Source: a virus. Taken from it: a stretch of 64,000 bases of DNA. A model generated the notes under the pieces. It was not told the DNA's origin. It saw only the letters and a list, made by a program, of their open reading frames with translations, and searched no databases. A program made the translations under genes and the position numbers. Below are positions 38,301 to 47,387 of the stretch, in pieces. Every line of letters begins with the position of its first letter. Position 1 is the first letter of the stretch. The DNA is taken from the IMG/VR virus record IMGVR_UViG_3300045988_108506, positions 1 to 64,000 of that record. One strand, given 5' to 3'.

Positions 38301-41300
38301 ACATCATTCCAAAACCGATCGTTGAATGACAGGTGACCTCCCAACATAAGTGTCTTCAGCGCAGCTTCTCCTCCAGACTCGCTCTGAATCGTTCTTAATT
38401 TTTGCAAAAACGATTCTGATACGGCATTAGTGGCATTATTTGATTCCTTTCTCCAAACTTCATTTATAGCTTGTATTTCTTTGGCCATCTTAAGTTGGTC
38501 GCCGGTTTTTTCCACTCTCCTGGTTCCTACATATATGTATTCTGAAGCTGCTTCCTTACGTTGTTTACGAAGCAGTCCTTCTTCTTCGTAATTGCTGCTT
38601 TTAAAATAGGCAACCTCATCAAAATTACCACCGCTATCAATAAAAGGCTGCCTCAATATCCGTTTTTGCCGGGATAGGGCATTAAGGTATTCTTTGGTTG
38701 TTTGAGAAACCGGATGCCCTAATTCTTCTTCAGCCTTTTTGTATATGGATTCCATTCTTGTGGCATAACTTTCGCTAAATTCCAGTTCCGAATTTTCAGC
38801 ATCCCACTTTTCCATCTGCTCTGTATAGATCTTTTCCTGCTCGATGGTAAAAATATCGGTATTAACTCTATCAGACGATGGTTTGAATTTAGCGTTTTCA
38901 GTAACCGTATTTCCATCCTTGTCAACTACTTCTCTTTTAAATACGTAATTACGGTTATTGTCAACCACATCACCAATTTCTTCTTCTGATATCTCTATGT
39001 TCATGGCAGTCGCAAACGCTCGCATCTGCGCCAGCTTCTTATTACGATCGTATTTAGCCATATCAAGAGCACTACGAAGGTAATTAGAAGTTTTGCCGTC
39101 TACTTTCTGAAGCAGTTTTTCAAATTCAGATTTGTTAAAACCATGCTTTTTCGCATATGCCAGGAAGTCGGATATGGCGGGCTGGGCATTCACCATCGCA
39201 TTGTAATTGTCTTTGGCAATCATAGCTCCAAGAGCGTTATTGAACGGACTGGAAGAATGCTCTAATATACCAAACCACCTACTTATCCAAGAAACATCGT
39301 GTTGAACCTTGTCGAAAAATTCTTTTACTCTCTTTACCTTATCTGCCGGCACATGAAGTTCGTTCATTAACTTATCAAGCAACGTGCTTTCATCAAGGTC
39401 TTGTACTGATTTAATATCAGACTGAATACCATTGATGTCGGCAATGACGGTATTGATCCTATTTGTATAATCCTGCTTTTCACGTTCATCAAATTCGGTA
39501 CTTCTGTTACGGATATATCCTCGAAGATCGTTCATGATCGGAAGAACCTGATTGTTGATAATATCTACGTTCTTTCGATCATTGGTATTGAAGTGAAGCT
39601 TACCGTCTTTGGTATCACCATGAAGGATGGTGTTCACCACATTACTTAAGTATCTGACCTGAGCTTCGGCTGTAGAGATCATGCTATTCATGGCAGCCGC
39701 CATCTCATTCTTGTCTATTTCGGTCTCTACCTTATTTATCTTATCTTCTATGGTCTTAAGCTGGGCAAGGGTCATAGACGTAGTTACAGCCCTATCAGAG
39801 CTTATCTGACGTAAGTCTCTTAACGTTTTTCTCAATGCCCGGATCTTAGACTCAAGAAACTTGTTCTTGTTCATAGAAGAAAGGGAGTATAATGTAAAAT
39901 CATTATCCTTTAACAGAGAGGTATCAAATCCTTTATCTATGTCGGTAATAGCAAGATCACGAATGTTTTTAATAACGTTATTCAAATCTTGTCTTTGGGT
40001 AGATAAAGCTGATTTAAGCCAGCTTACGATTCCAGAGAGAAGCTGCCGGACGCGCCCCAGGAAGGAGGTGGGCTCTACCGGCGCCTGTGCTGTGCCGGTC
40101 TGCATCTCCCTGGCGAGGATCTTTCCAAGAATTTCTCTCCTAACAGCATTATCAAGTTCAGAGCCTTCATATACCTTACCGTATGTATTATAATACTGAC
40201 CTGCATACTGATTCCATTCTTCAGTGCCTTCTACATCTTGCAAAACAGATTCAACAGCATTCTGATCTCTATACGCCTCTACGAGAAAGTGTGCTGTTTC
40301 TTCTACTAAGTCAGACAAAGTAGCATCTTCACCGACTGCTATTACGTTATTGGCAATATCCGCCAATGCCTTAGCAGAAGGTTCGTGTCCGTATTTAGTT
40401 TGGTACTTCTCTATATAATCGGTCATGCCAACGACACTAACGCCCATCGTTTTCAGTATCTCAACAATAGAATTTCGTTGGTCACGTTCCTCTTGGCTAT
40501 AATCTGATACGATCTTAGCTTTAGTATCAGCATAAAGATCGTTGTCTTCTAATATGAATGAAACTACAAGCGCATCAAAATGATCGTACTTAGCATCCAA
40601 TTCATTGTATCTTCCTGACTTAAGATCGTTCTTTATCTGCTCTTTGCTAACCCTTTCCGTTCCTCCGGTGGCGAGTCTCATAGTCACCTTACTATTATCC
40701 AACGAGCTTATGGTTATCATACCCTGGTCGTTCATGGAAACATCGGAACCAAAATGATTACGGAGCTCGGTGTAGGATAATGCCGAATTGAAAAGTCTAA
40801 TTTGTCCTGTATGTCCTTCTCCTGCAATATAATAGCTTCTTGTTTCCGGATCGAATATCTTGGATCCGGACAAAAGACCTTTCTTTATAAGGTAGTTAAT
40901 TATACCGCCTTTTGTTGATAAAGAAGTAGAAGCAGAAGCGGTCATGACCGGTATAAAAGACTTGGGATTATTAAGAACATACTTTCCAGCTTTGTAAGTA
41001 ATGTCTGCCACGCCATCCACGGCAGATTCTTGAACGGTGCCGGATAAGAATCCTATTCTAATATCATTCCCTCCAGAGCGAAGAGCTTCTCCGTAATCTT
41101 CAAATAATTGACTACGATCGTTCATGAAAAACAAACGAGGCTCTCCGGTCTGATACGTTACACCCACAGGATTAGAATCTGTCTGTGGTAACTCTTCTGG
41201 GCTAAATATCTTAAGACCGTCTTTTATAACCATATAATTAACACCCTTATCCTGTACCATAGATACGGGAGTAAAGTCCGAAGATATAGCATCTTGTAGA

Positions 41301-41761
41301 TACTGCCCGGCGTCTATCCCAGGTCCTTCCGGTACGGAAATGCTTGACGTAACCATAGCATCCACCAACATAATATTATCACCCAGATTTTGGCTGTAGA
41401 ATCCAAAGCCCGATTCTTGGATTTCATAAGGTGCATCTGATTTTGACACAAGAACAGGGTTACTCATCTTAGACGCCTTATCCAGCACCCTTTCTCTATA
41501 GGCTTCTGGGATAAGGTCGATGTTAGATTTTACCTTATTATAAGCCTGTTTATTAACAGGTACATTCCTTCTCCAGTCACCAAAAGCCTTTAAGAACTTA
41601 TTAGAAAATACGGTTTTAAAAACAGTAGTAGCCCGTTCCCTATTCTCCATAAGAGGAATAGATGCTATTTTATCAAACAACATAGACCTGTCCCCTGATC
41701 TGGTAGAGACAGAAACAACTTTCTTTTTATTATCTCTTTTAATAATACACGTTGATGTCAT
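35339..41761 (-). CDS. giant virion-associated protein (2140 aa), possibly an ejected/internal or tail protein; function unknown
   Basis: Uninterrupted 6.4-kb ORF. No DxDGD RNAP motif and no HExxH motif found. Confidence 0.8.
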   Translation of the reverse strand: MTSTCIIKRDNKKKVVSVSTRSGDRSMLFDKIASIPLMENRERATTVFKTVFSNKFLKAFGDWRRNVPVNKQAYNKVKSNIDLIPEAYRERVLDKASKMSNPVLVSKSDAPYEIQESGFGFYSQNLGDNIMLVDAMVTSSISVPEGPGIDAGQYLQDAISSDFTPVSMVQDKGVNYMVIKDGLKIFSPEELPQTDSNPVGVTYQTGEPRLFFMNDRSQLFEDYGEALRSGGNDIRIGFLSGTVQESAVDGVADITYKAGKYVLNNPKSFIPVMTASASTSLSTKGGIINYLIKKGLLSGSKIFDPETRSYYIAGEGHTGQIRLFNSALSYTELRNHFGSDVSMNDQGMITISSLDNSKVTMRLATGGTERVSKEQIKNDLKSGRYNELDAKYDHFDALVVSFILEDNDLYADTKAKIVSDYSQEERDQRNSIVEILKTMGVSVVGMTDYIEKYQTKYGHEPSAKALADIANNVIAVGEDATLSDLVEETAHFLVEAYRDQNAVESVLQDVEGTEEWNQYAGQYYNTYGKVYEGSELDNAVRREILGKILAREMQTGTAQAPVEPTSFLGRVRQLLSGIVSWLKSALSTQRQDLNNVIKNIRDLAITDIDKGFDTSLLKDNDFTLYSLSSMNKNKFLESKIRALRKTLRDLRQISSDRAVTTSMTLAQLKTIEDKINKVETEIDKNEMAAAMNSMISTAEAQVRYLSNVVNTILHGDTKDGKLHFNTNDRKNVDIINNQVLPIMNDLRGYIRNRSTEFDEREKQDYTNRINTVIADINGIQSDIKSVQDLDESTLLDKLMNELHVPADKVKRVKEFFDKVQHDVSWISRWFGILEHSSSPFNNALGAMIAKDNYNAMVNAQPAISDFLAYAKKHGFNKSEFEKLLQKVDGKTSNYLRSALDMAKYDRNKKLAQMRAFATAMNIEISEEEIGDVVDNNRNYVFKREVVDKDGNTVTENAKFKPSSDRVNTDIFTIEQEKIYTEQMEKWDAENSELEFSESYATRMESIYKKAEEELGHPVSQTTKEYLNALSRQKRILRQPFIDSGGNFDEVAYFKSSNYEEEGLLRKQRKEAASEYIYVGTRRVEKTGDQLKMAKEIQAINEVWRKESNNATNAVSESFLQKLRTIQSESGGEAALKTLMLGGHLSFNDRFWNDVESEQSARTESNNKASYLKMAHDIISSTTSDRDATDVDSIVKDIEKNKAIIKEIIGNNRDVADIGEINEATFTSSERDAFRAASEAIEADYAILIDYAKMVGLEDIDKYLTKSSKAENEVNQSYLNALADSKEVEWKFVQRHTTAKKAKRIQALRDKLFKAADNRYLFTVSETNYLSEKLGISKELDGRDFRNAVNAKMASLFLNNTREEGVEEANAIVNEFARSQVFSYYKRMAPTGYAAMIDKIGRGEIDVAQMVKDVQNGTSTQDYGMDISYLSFDPARAWVAESEAENSGRNPDYVKDHGYGHRMPKKSLYRDESYFNDFGIKYDADGNEVATKNVEQWNMIQKLKEIKRQSLDLYKEQSPNLYAIPQISKQDIERVEGLGINFKNTVRNFVSDLCLDRVDDSLYGKTRQGEVYDPEDRLRSIPKYYIYELENQDDVSHDFGYSYSMLMMQSSLYNEKQKSIELAQGLEQMLLNKQFEGGKKAEATQAYQMFRDFFNDHYYGIRMNTKKLTVNIGGYTVDLTRIMMAVERFMSVMNLALSPFVAATGALTGHINLIMESAVGQYISKDSLKYASAEFSRLAPSCIAETGDIDRKSKLYVIGERMGIFNIRNRMYGAGYNRAARTLMRSPMYAFMEILNYPLDPQVMIATMDNVRYYKGRFYTFQDFKMEKERGKEQSTIKREWNALKDRTLWSMVDVVDGKVVVKPGSGVTVEEVETQMAITRNQVRSLSQICNGSLNEENRTAASRNWIARFMTAHRGWLVLAAQRLWKRRGFNFQTMQEEEGLSITLKNMIAKTFSLASESGMKNIIDAWNENKDNMNEVEKTNLKRLSVYAGTFLIMQAVSMLLAGWRDDDENEESWLTQFGSYVGFRTINEIASQMPFIMELNVVDIINDPFVMGRKLKDLTDLRNYSLDKVTSGTYKGESKLFRQLAKQTFIKQWYNIKTPEDVARAYNWWQQTNNKSMMFFIGATPDSEGDDDVSYK

Positions 41762-41903
41762 AGTAAAACATTTTTGTTATGAGACAAAGGTAGTTAAAAA
41801 TCAAGCATATCATAGAAAATAAAGCCATCTAACTTCTCAGTCTGATGGCTTAAAAATAATATGAAAAAAAATTATAATCTGACGAAAAATCGTCAAGTTC
41901 AGC

Positions 41904-42227
41904 TTATATGTAATGCATGTACCCATCTCGGTGTATAAACCTTCCCGATTCAAAGCGCTCAATATCTTCAGGGCAAATAGGGCCCGAATCCTCTCTCCTG
42001 GCTTCAAACCAAAGCCCCGGCTTACGAAGTCGGCAAGTTATGATATAATTGAAGCAATTGTGCGTAAAATGGAAAACAGATCCTACAGGGAAATACCTAT
42101 CAGCTTGAAATACGATTCTTTTTCGTTTAGTATCAAACGTGATATCTCCTACTATCTTAGCCACGTAATAGCTTCTGCCATTTAACGTTTCATCTGTTTG
42201 TGGTATCCAATAATAACCTCTTGCCAT
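41904..42227 (-). CDS. hypothetical protein (107 aa; start trimmed to MARGYYW because the track N-terminus overlaps a terminator hairpin)
   Basis: Six-frame ORF. A TATATTTG -7-like element sits immediately upstream of this ATG. Confidence 0.5.
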   Translation of the reverse strand: MARGYYWIPQTDETLNGRSYYVAKIVGDITFDTKRKRIVFQADRYFPVGSVFHFTHNCFNYIITCRLRKPGLWFEARREDSGPICPEDIERFESGRFIHRDGYMHYI

Positions 42228-42233
42228 GCCACA

Positions 42234-42275
42234 AATATATAAAAAAAGTCGGACAAGACACATGTCCGACTTTAT
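42234..42275 (-). terminator. intrinsic terminator for leftward transcription (perfect 9-bp stem AAGTCGGAC/GTCCGACTT followed by T7 on the - strand)
   Basis: Plus strand reads AAAAAAA-GTCGGAC-aagacacat-GTCCGAC-TTTATATT. Sits right after the stop codon of the small ORF 42277..42447. Confidence 0.5.
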
Positions 42276-42276
42276 A

Positions 42277-42447
42277 TTACTTTGATTCATTTTCAAACCG
42301 CTTTATAAGAGAAGCAATATCATCACCACAAACAAACATCATTCGACGTTCTTCTTTTGGTTTATGAGACACTGGGATGGTTTTGTTTATCTTAATCTGA
42401 TTCGCCAGACCTCTGCCTAAACGAATATCAACTTTTTTACCTTTCAT
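42277..42447 (-). CDS. small basic protein (56 aa), below the ORF-track cutoff
   Basis: ATG from the reverse complement of 42445-42447, stop at 42277-42279. Followed by the terminator. Confidence 0.35.
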   Translation of the reverse strand: MKGKKVDIRLGRGLANQIKINKTIPVSHKPKEERRMMFVCGDDIASLIKRFENESK

Positions 42448-42754
42448 GAATTATTTGTTTAAACAGACCAATTCCATCTATTATAATATGACCGCTTTGC
42501 ATACGACCATTATTAGGATTATGTAGAAAATTGAAACCACTTTCTTTTTCCTGTCTTTCAAAAGAACTGATATCCTTTCCTCTACGGGCTCTTTCAAAAG
42601 CTTTCTTGAACAACTTGCCTCTAAAGGTCTTGACGAGGATCTTGGTAGCGTTATTGCCGGCTTTTACCATTGCTTTCCTTGCCTGGTCCTCCGAGACAAA
42701 ACTGCTTCGGAAAATATACGATGCTGCTGCTTGTATGTCCTGCTTGGTAATCAT
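42437..42754 (-). CDS. hypothetical protein (105 aa)
   Basis: Six-frame ORF. Confidence 0.5.
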   Translation of the reverse strand: MITKQDIQAAASYIFRSSFVSEDQARKAMVKAGNNATKILVKTFRGKLFKKAFERARRGKDISSFERQEKESGFNFLHNPNNGRMQSGHIIIDGIGLFKQIIHER

Positions 42755-43101
42755 ATGATAAACATTTCTTTCAGAATACTGATCTTTATTCCGTATATCA
42801 ATTTCATCTCATCTCTATCATATACGTCAAAAAAGGATTCACTGGGGTCCTTTGGATTTACGTTCAATTGAATTATGCAATTACCGGTATAAACCTTAAT
42901 TCCGTAATTATCAGAGTATATATCCTGCATAGTCTCAAATGTCTCAATTAAATTTTCAACAAGTACTCTGTTAAATGAAAAAGATTCTTTACCATCACCT
43001 TTAAATGTGATATGATCTAAATCCCTGTTGTCAAATTCATACTTTAATTGATTGCCGTCCATCATATCATAAGATATTGACTTTCTGATTATAAATCCCA
43101 T
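42751..43101 (-). CDS. hypothetical protein (116 aa)
   Basis: Six-frame ORF. Confidence 0.5.
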   Translation of the reverse strand: MGFIIRKSISYDMMDGNQLKYEFDNRDLDHITFKGDGKESFSFNRVLVENLIETFETMQDIYSDNYGIKVYTGNCIIQLNVNPKDPSESFFDVYDRDEMKLIYGIKISILKEMFII

Positions 43102-43119
43102 ATTGTTTTATTTTTTTAG

Positions 43120-43425
43120 TTAATATAGATCTTCTGAATACAATTGTTCTCTAATGGCATTCCTATCTACTACCATTTCCTGATTATTGTTTCTAACAAG
43201 TTCAGATGCCTCCTCTCTTGTTAAAAACCGATTCTTGCTTGTCAAAAATCCTTGAACACTGCGGTTTTTATGGGCTATACCGTATGCCGCAAGTTGAGAT
43301 AGTATAGAGGGGTGTCTCAATCCACAGAACACGGTGCCGGATGGTATATTGGTGGGCTGATAGGGACGCTTCTTGCCGTCCTGCACCCAGATGGCAGCGC
43401 ATATCACGATTTCTTTATTGCACAT
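43120..43425 (-). CDS. hypothetical protein (101 aa)
   Basis: Six-frame ORF. Confidence 0.5.
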   Translation of the reverse strand: MCNKEIVICAAIWVQDGKKRPYQPTNIPSGTVFCGLRHPSILSQLAAYGIAHKNRSVQGFLTSKNRFLTREEASELVRNNNQEMVVDRNAIREQLYSEDLY

Positions 43426-43427
43426 GA

Positions 43428-43658
43428 CTATAAATTTAATATTCCGTTTTTACCAATATGCTTCTTCTCTTCCTCAGTAGGCCATTCTTTCTTGAACTTA
43501 CCATGCCACGTTCCAGGAACTACCACCACTTCGTCTCCCTTACTATATTCAATAGCGGCACATTCAGAACAAAGAGGCTTGCCTTCATATCCCTTTAGCG
43601 ACTTATCGTAAATACGATTCTTACAAGGTCTTATAAGAGCCCAATAACAGGCAAACAA
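43428..43658 (-). CDS. small Cys-containing protein (76 aa)
   Basis: Six-frame ORF. Confidence 0.45.
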   Translation of the reverse strand: MFACYWALIRPCKNRIYDKSLKGYEGKPLCSECAAIEYSKGDEVVVVPGTWHGKFKKEWPTEEEKKHIGKNGILNL

Positions 43659-43664
43659 ACAAAC

Positions 43665-44528
43665 TCATCCCGCAATCTCCCAGTCATTAGACATAATATC
43701 ATGTTCGGTTGGATTCCAATTTGATGCTACTTTTTGACCTGTATCTATCATCAATATATTTACGTCAAACATACAGATATACTTTTTACCCCAATCGATT
43801 CTTTTTATCTTACGACCTAATTTAAGCCGTTCTAAAGCCTGTTCGAATGTCATGCCATGACGAGGCAGTTTGAGATACTTTTCAAGTCTGTCGGAGGCTT
43901 CATTTGGTGTATGGCCATCGTATTCGAAAGCGGTTTCTCTTTCAGGAACATCAAACAAATCCCAGTATTTGCTTTCATAGTGATTAGATACCTGACCGGT
44001 AGGTAGGATCGCCATCACAATAAACCAATCATCAGAACCGAAGCATTTTTCTCCGTCGCTGTGTCTCCTTGATTTGCAAACTTCAACCTGTCCGCTTCTG
44101 GCTAATAGATTAAAGAAGGCAGCGTTATACAACATGCGATACCGATACAATTCATTGAAAGTGTGGTATCCGTCAGAGACTTCTCCCACGTCTACAGGCT
44201 TCTTGTTTTGAATACTACCCAAAATATTCTCTATATAGAGCTGTATTTTATACATACCCATTTCGGTGTGGCCGTATTTGTTCAAGATATTATTGACATC
44301 GTATTGTATATTAAAATCTTTTTCAAATTCTACTTCAGGATGATTAGGATAGTAGTAATCTACTGATGCTTCTAACACAGACTTGATATGCTCTACTATC
44401 CTCGTGGCATCATCATGTTTTAAGAAATTCTTGAATCCCTCAACGAATTTAATATCTTCTTCGATTGTTGATTCGAACTCTTCTTTTGTCATTACTCTAA
44501 CCACATCTTTAAAATATTTTAATTCCAT
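43665..44528 (-). CDS. two-domain protein: unknown N-terminal domain plus C-terminal DUF2829 (Tad2-like, anti-Thoeris sponge family) domain
   Basis: The C-terminal 65 aa MTFEQALERLKLGRKIKRIDWG...WNPTEHDIMSNDWEI follow the DUF2829 pattern (FeeAlealK.Gkkv.RkgW ... W.p.q.DllaeDWei). Confidence 0.5.
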   Translation of the reverse strand: MELKYFKDVVRVMTKEEFESTIEEDIKFVEGFKNFLKHDDATRIVEHIKSVLEASVDYYYPNHPEVEFEKDFNIQYDVNNILNKYGHTEMGMYKIQLYIENILGSIQNKKPVDVGEVSDGYHTFNELYRYRMLYNAAFFNLLARSGQVEVCKSRRHSDGEKCFGSDDWFIVMAILPTGQVSNHYESKYWDLFDVPERETAFEYDGHTPNEASDRLEKYLKLPRHGMTFEQALERLKLGRKIKRIDWGKKYICMFDVNILMIDTGQKVASNWNPTEHDIMSNDWEIAG

Positions 44529-44551
44529 GATTTGTTTTAAATTAATTGTTA

Positions 44552-45187
44552 CTATACTTTCTTTATCCTACAATACAAACCCCACAAAAACTCAGCGGAG
44601 AAACTATCCCATACATTATTCTTCTGCCAAAGTTCTACTTTGTTAACAAACCAAGACCATGTGGGACCCTTATATGAAGAATCAGATGATGATCCCAATC
44701 CGATTTTCTCCATTTCATTCGCCACATCAGAATAAGGATCTAAATCGACTCCCCTAATCATGTTAATAACATCATCCTTGTCTAACGTAAATTGAAACCG
44801 CTCCTTGTTAGTAGGCGGATCTTGATTCAATTTACCAGTCGCAAGCCATTCTCCATCATGATACAATTCGGCAAGTTTCTTTACATTATTTTTAAGAAAA
44901 GAATACTCTTGTATGACTTCCATAAAATCAGCTTCGTTAGCTTTACCCTCTATGAAGATAACGGTTTTGCTTCCAGGTCTATGATCGTCTAAGCTTGCCG
45001 GGATTCCCAATATCGTCCATCCTTTAAACTCAGCTATCTTAAAACGCATGACATCAAACACCTTATAAAAATCATCACAATCTACAGATTCTATTACCTT
45101 AACATCCTCTTCCGTAAATTTACCTCGTATTGGAATAACATGATGACCAGGGCAGCCATCGGTTCCGAAATATGCGATTCTAACCAT
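44552..45187 (-). CDS. hypothetical protein (211 aa)
   Basis: Six-frame ORF. Confidence 0.55.
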   Translation of the reverse strand: MVRIAYFGTDGCPGHHVIPIRGKFTEEDVKVIESVDCDDFYKVFDVMRFKIAEFKGWTILGIPASLDDHRPGSKTVIFIEGKANEADFMEVIQEYSFLKNNVKKLAELYHDGEWLATGKLNQDPPTNKERFQFTLDKDDVINMIRGVDLDPYSDVANEMEKIGLGSSSDSSYKGPTWSWFVNKVELWQKNNVWDSFSAEFLWGLYCRIKKV

Positions 45188-45188
45188 A

Positions 45189-45419
45189 TTATATATAATA
45201 TTTTAGTTGTTCTGAAATCCTATATTTACTTATATCATCGCACAAGTTACACCCTCCCGCACATCCACAAACCGAACAATACGAATCTCTTTCTGCCTTC
45301 GATTTAGATTGGAAATCTCTTGCAGCTTTAATCCAGGTAGGAGAAATAATATTACCGGAAAATATAGGTACATTTAAGATTAATATTTTCATTATTTTGG
45401 CAAAATATTCATATAACAC
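45189..45419 (-). CDS. small Cys-rich protein (76 aa; CSVCGCAGGCNLC)
   Basis: Six-frame ORF. Confidence 0.45.
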   Translation of the reverse strand: MLYEYFAKIMKILILNVPIFSGNIISPTWIKAARDFQSKSKAERDSYCSVCGCAGGCNLCDDISKYRISEQLKYYI

Positions 45420-45607
45420 GGCACCTCTACTACGTCTCTTCTACGGATGCGCTCATCAAAATAGGAAACCATATAAGTATTTTTACCTTCGTGATCAGGT
45501 ATGGGATCGAAACATTCAAAAACGAATCTTGTTACACCTTCCAAATGACCAAGCATGAAAACAAATTCGCCACCGTATCTTTTATTAGCTAATTCTTCTA
45601 CGGTCAT
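45392..45607 (-). CDS. hypothetical protein (71 aa)
   Basis: Six-frame ORF. Confidence 0.45.
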   Translation of the reverse strand: MTVEELANKRYGGEFVFMLGHLEGVTRFVFECFDPIPDHEGKNTYMVSYFDERIRRRDVVEVPCYMNILPK

Positions 45608-45831
45608 AACCTGTCCCCTCCTAATCCTGAATTGATGCTAACATACTTAACACGGACATCATTTCCACGTCCAAGCTGTCCCCAGCCGGGCGATGGCGTT
45701 CCCTTGGCCGGAGCAGGGACAGCCCTAAGCCGAGACCAGTCCTGCTTTTGTCTCATGGCGTCAGCCTCTTTGTAATACCGGTTACACAGTTCTTGATCTT
45801 CGTAACCAACGTAATCTTCCTTATTTTCCAT
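45604..45831 (-). CDS. hypothetical protein (75 aa)
   Basis: Six-frame ORF. Confidence 0.45.
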   Translation of the reverse strand: MENKEDYVGYEDQELCNRYYKEADAMRQKQDWSRLRAVPAPAKGTPSPGWGQLGRGNDVRVKYVSINSGLGGDRL

Positions 45832-45957
45832 ATAGAATAGTTTTTCAACAAATGTACGACATTCATGAATTAATTAGATTTAAAATAAAACAATATGAAT
45901 TAAAATAAAAACCCGATACGTTAAAATCGCATCGGGCCTGGTATTGAAAAAATAGGT

Positions 45958-46140
45958 TCAGATCTTGGGTAAAGACTCGATCCAATTTTTAACATCTTTA
46001 TATTTAGGGTCTTTGTCTATTCTATCTCTCAGTTCATGCAATGCTGAGTCCATAACCGTATTCGGTACGCCAATCAACTCTCCTATTAAATACAATGGGG
46101 TTTTATTTGATTTAGATTCGTGTGCCATATTCATATCCAA
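45958..46140 (-). CDS. hypothetical protein (60 aa)
   Basis: Six-frame ORF. Confidence 0.35.
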   Translation of the reverse strand: MDMNMAHESKSNKTPLYLIGELIGVPNTVMDSALHELRDRIDKDPKYKDVKNWIESLPKI

Positions 46141-46300
46141 AAAAAGTTATGTGAAACAAACCGGCCACGGGTATTCTATTGCCCGCCGACCGGTATAACA
46201 TTTTTTTTATTCCTTTTTTTCCAAACGGGAAAAACGGGAATGCGGGAATCATATTTTTTACTATGGCTCCCGCACCACCGGAAGGACCTGGGCCTGGATC

Positions 46301-46594
46301 TCAGGTCAGATCCTTCCAGTTTATTTTTTCGCCGAGGTAATCTTGCACGGCAAGCCATCTTATAAAGGCTACTCCTTCGGGAGCATCCGGATCATCCAAA
46401 TACATTAACGTAGCTTTCACCAACTCGTTCTCACATTTGAAGACCTTCGGAAAACCATCCGAATAGTACATTGCAAAGACATATTGGACATCGCCCCATG
46501 TCGCTTTATCCGGCTTCTTCGCTCCGCACTTTTCAAAAATATCTTTTATTTCCGGCTGCTTCCAGATCCTCTTGGATCCATCGACGTTGACCAT
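46301..46594 (-). CDS. hypothetical protein (97 aa)
   Basis: Six-frame ORF. Confidence 0.5.
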   Translation of the reverse strand: MVNVDGSKRIWKQPEIKDIFEKCGAKKPDKATWGDVQYVFAMYYSDGFPKVFKCENELVKATLMYLDDPDAPEGVAFIRWLAVQDYLGEKINWKDLT

Positions 46595-46622
46595 CTTCTT
46601 TACCGCCTCATCAGCAAGAGCA

Positions 46623-47387
46623 TTAGAAAAATGGTAGCCGTAAGTATCTACATATTTCTGATAAGCTGGATCCTCTGCGTCTGCTCCTCAATAAGAACGA
46701 CCTCTCGCAATCTGATAAGTTGAACCATTCTCTGTATATCCCTTTGATATCAAATCTTGCATGAAGCTCGCTCTCTATATCTTTATTCACATAAGCTATT
46801 AATGTTAAGTTATCTTCTACAATAGACAACCCAGATAGCCTTCTTTTTACATCAGAGCTTTTACCTATTTTATAAAAACCATTATTATTATTTCTTATTA
46901 TATATGTAAAATATTTTATACATTTTTTATTATACCTATCGATAGATCTATGTATTATATCTAATACCCGATCGTCATTTTTAATATTACAACAATCAAA
47001 TATATCATAAATAAAATCTTTAAATAAAGATCTATCACACTTCATATAGATGATACACAGAATCGATTTGGGGAATAAATAATAGTCATGCCTAAATACA
47101 TGACTATTATTATCTATTATTTGTTCTCCATTATTATCATATCTATATGATATATAATCTATTCCATCCTTAAAATTAAAAGATGATATTACATCCTTAA
47201 TCCAATGTTTAAAATCATACTTACATTCTAACAATTTATGAACATGTTTTGCGTCAATCATTTTTCTGTCGTTTATTAACACAAAAGGAATACAAGTATT
47301 ATCCATAATAAAAAAATAGGCCCAAAAGAGAATGTCAGATCCCACTATGACAAACCCTAATGAGCCAAAAATATCTTTCAACATCAA
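46623..47387 (-). CDS. KilA-N/Bro-N-like N-terminal domain plus C-terminal T5orf172 (GIY-YIG-related) domain protein
   Basis: The C-terminal YIIRNNNNGFYKIGKSSDVKRRLSGL fits the T5orf172 signature (Y.l....g.yKIG.t.....Rl..l). Sits in a conspicuously AT-rich segment. Confidence 0.5.
   Translation of the reverse strand: MMLKDIFGSLGFVIVGSDILFWAYFFIMDNTCIPFVLINDRKMIDAKHVHKLLECKYDFKHWIKDVISSFNFKDGIDYISYRYDNNGEQIIDNNSHVFRHDYYLFPKSILCIIYMKCDRSLFKDFIYDIFDCCNIKNDDRVLDIIHRSIDRYNKKCIKYFTYIIRNNNNGFYKIGKSSDVKRRLSGLSIVEDNLTLIAYVNKDIESELHARFDIKGIYREWFNLSDCERSFLLRSRRRGSSLSEICRYLRLPFF

Noticed and set aside
41904-42296. Full 130-aa version of the minus-strand ORF
   Set aside because: Its first 23 codons span the terminator hairpin. 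The gene was trimmed to the Met at 42227, which is preceded by a -7-like promoter element.
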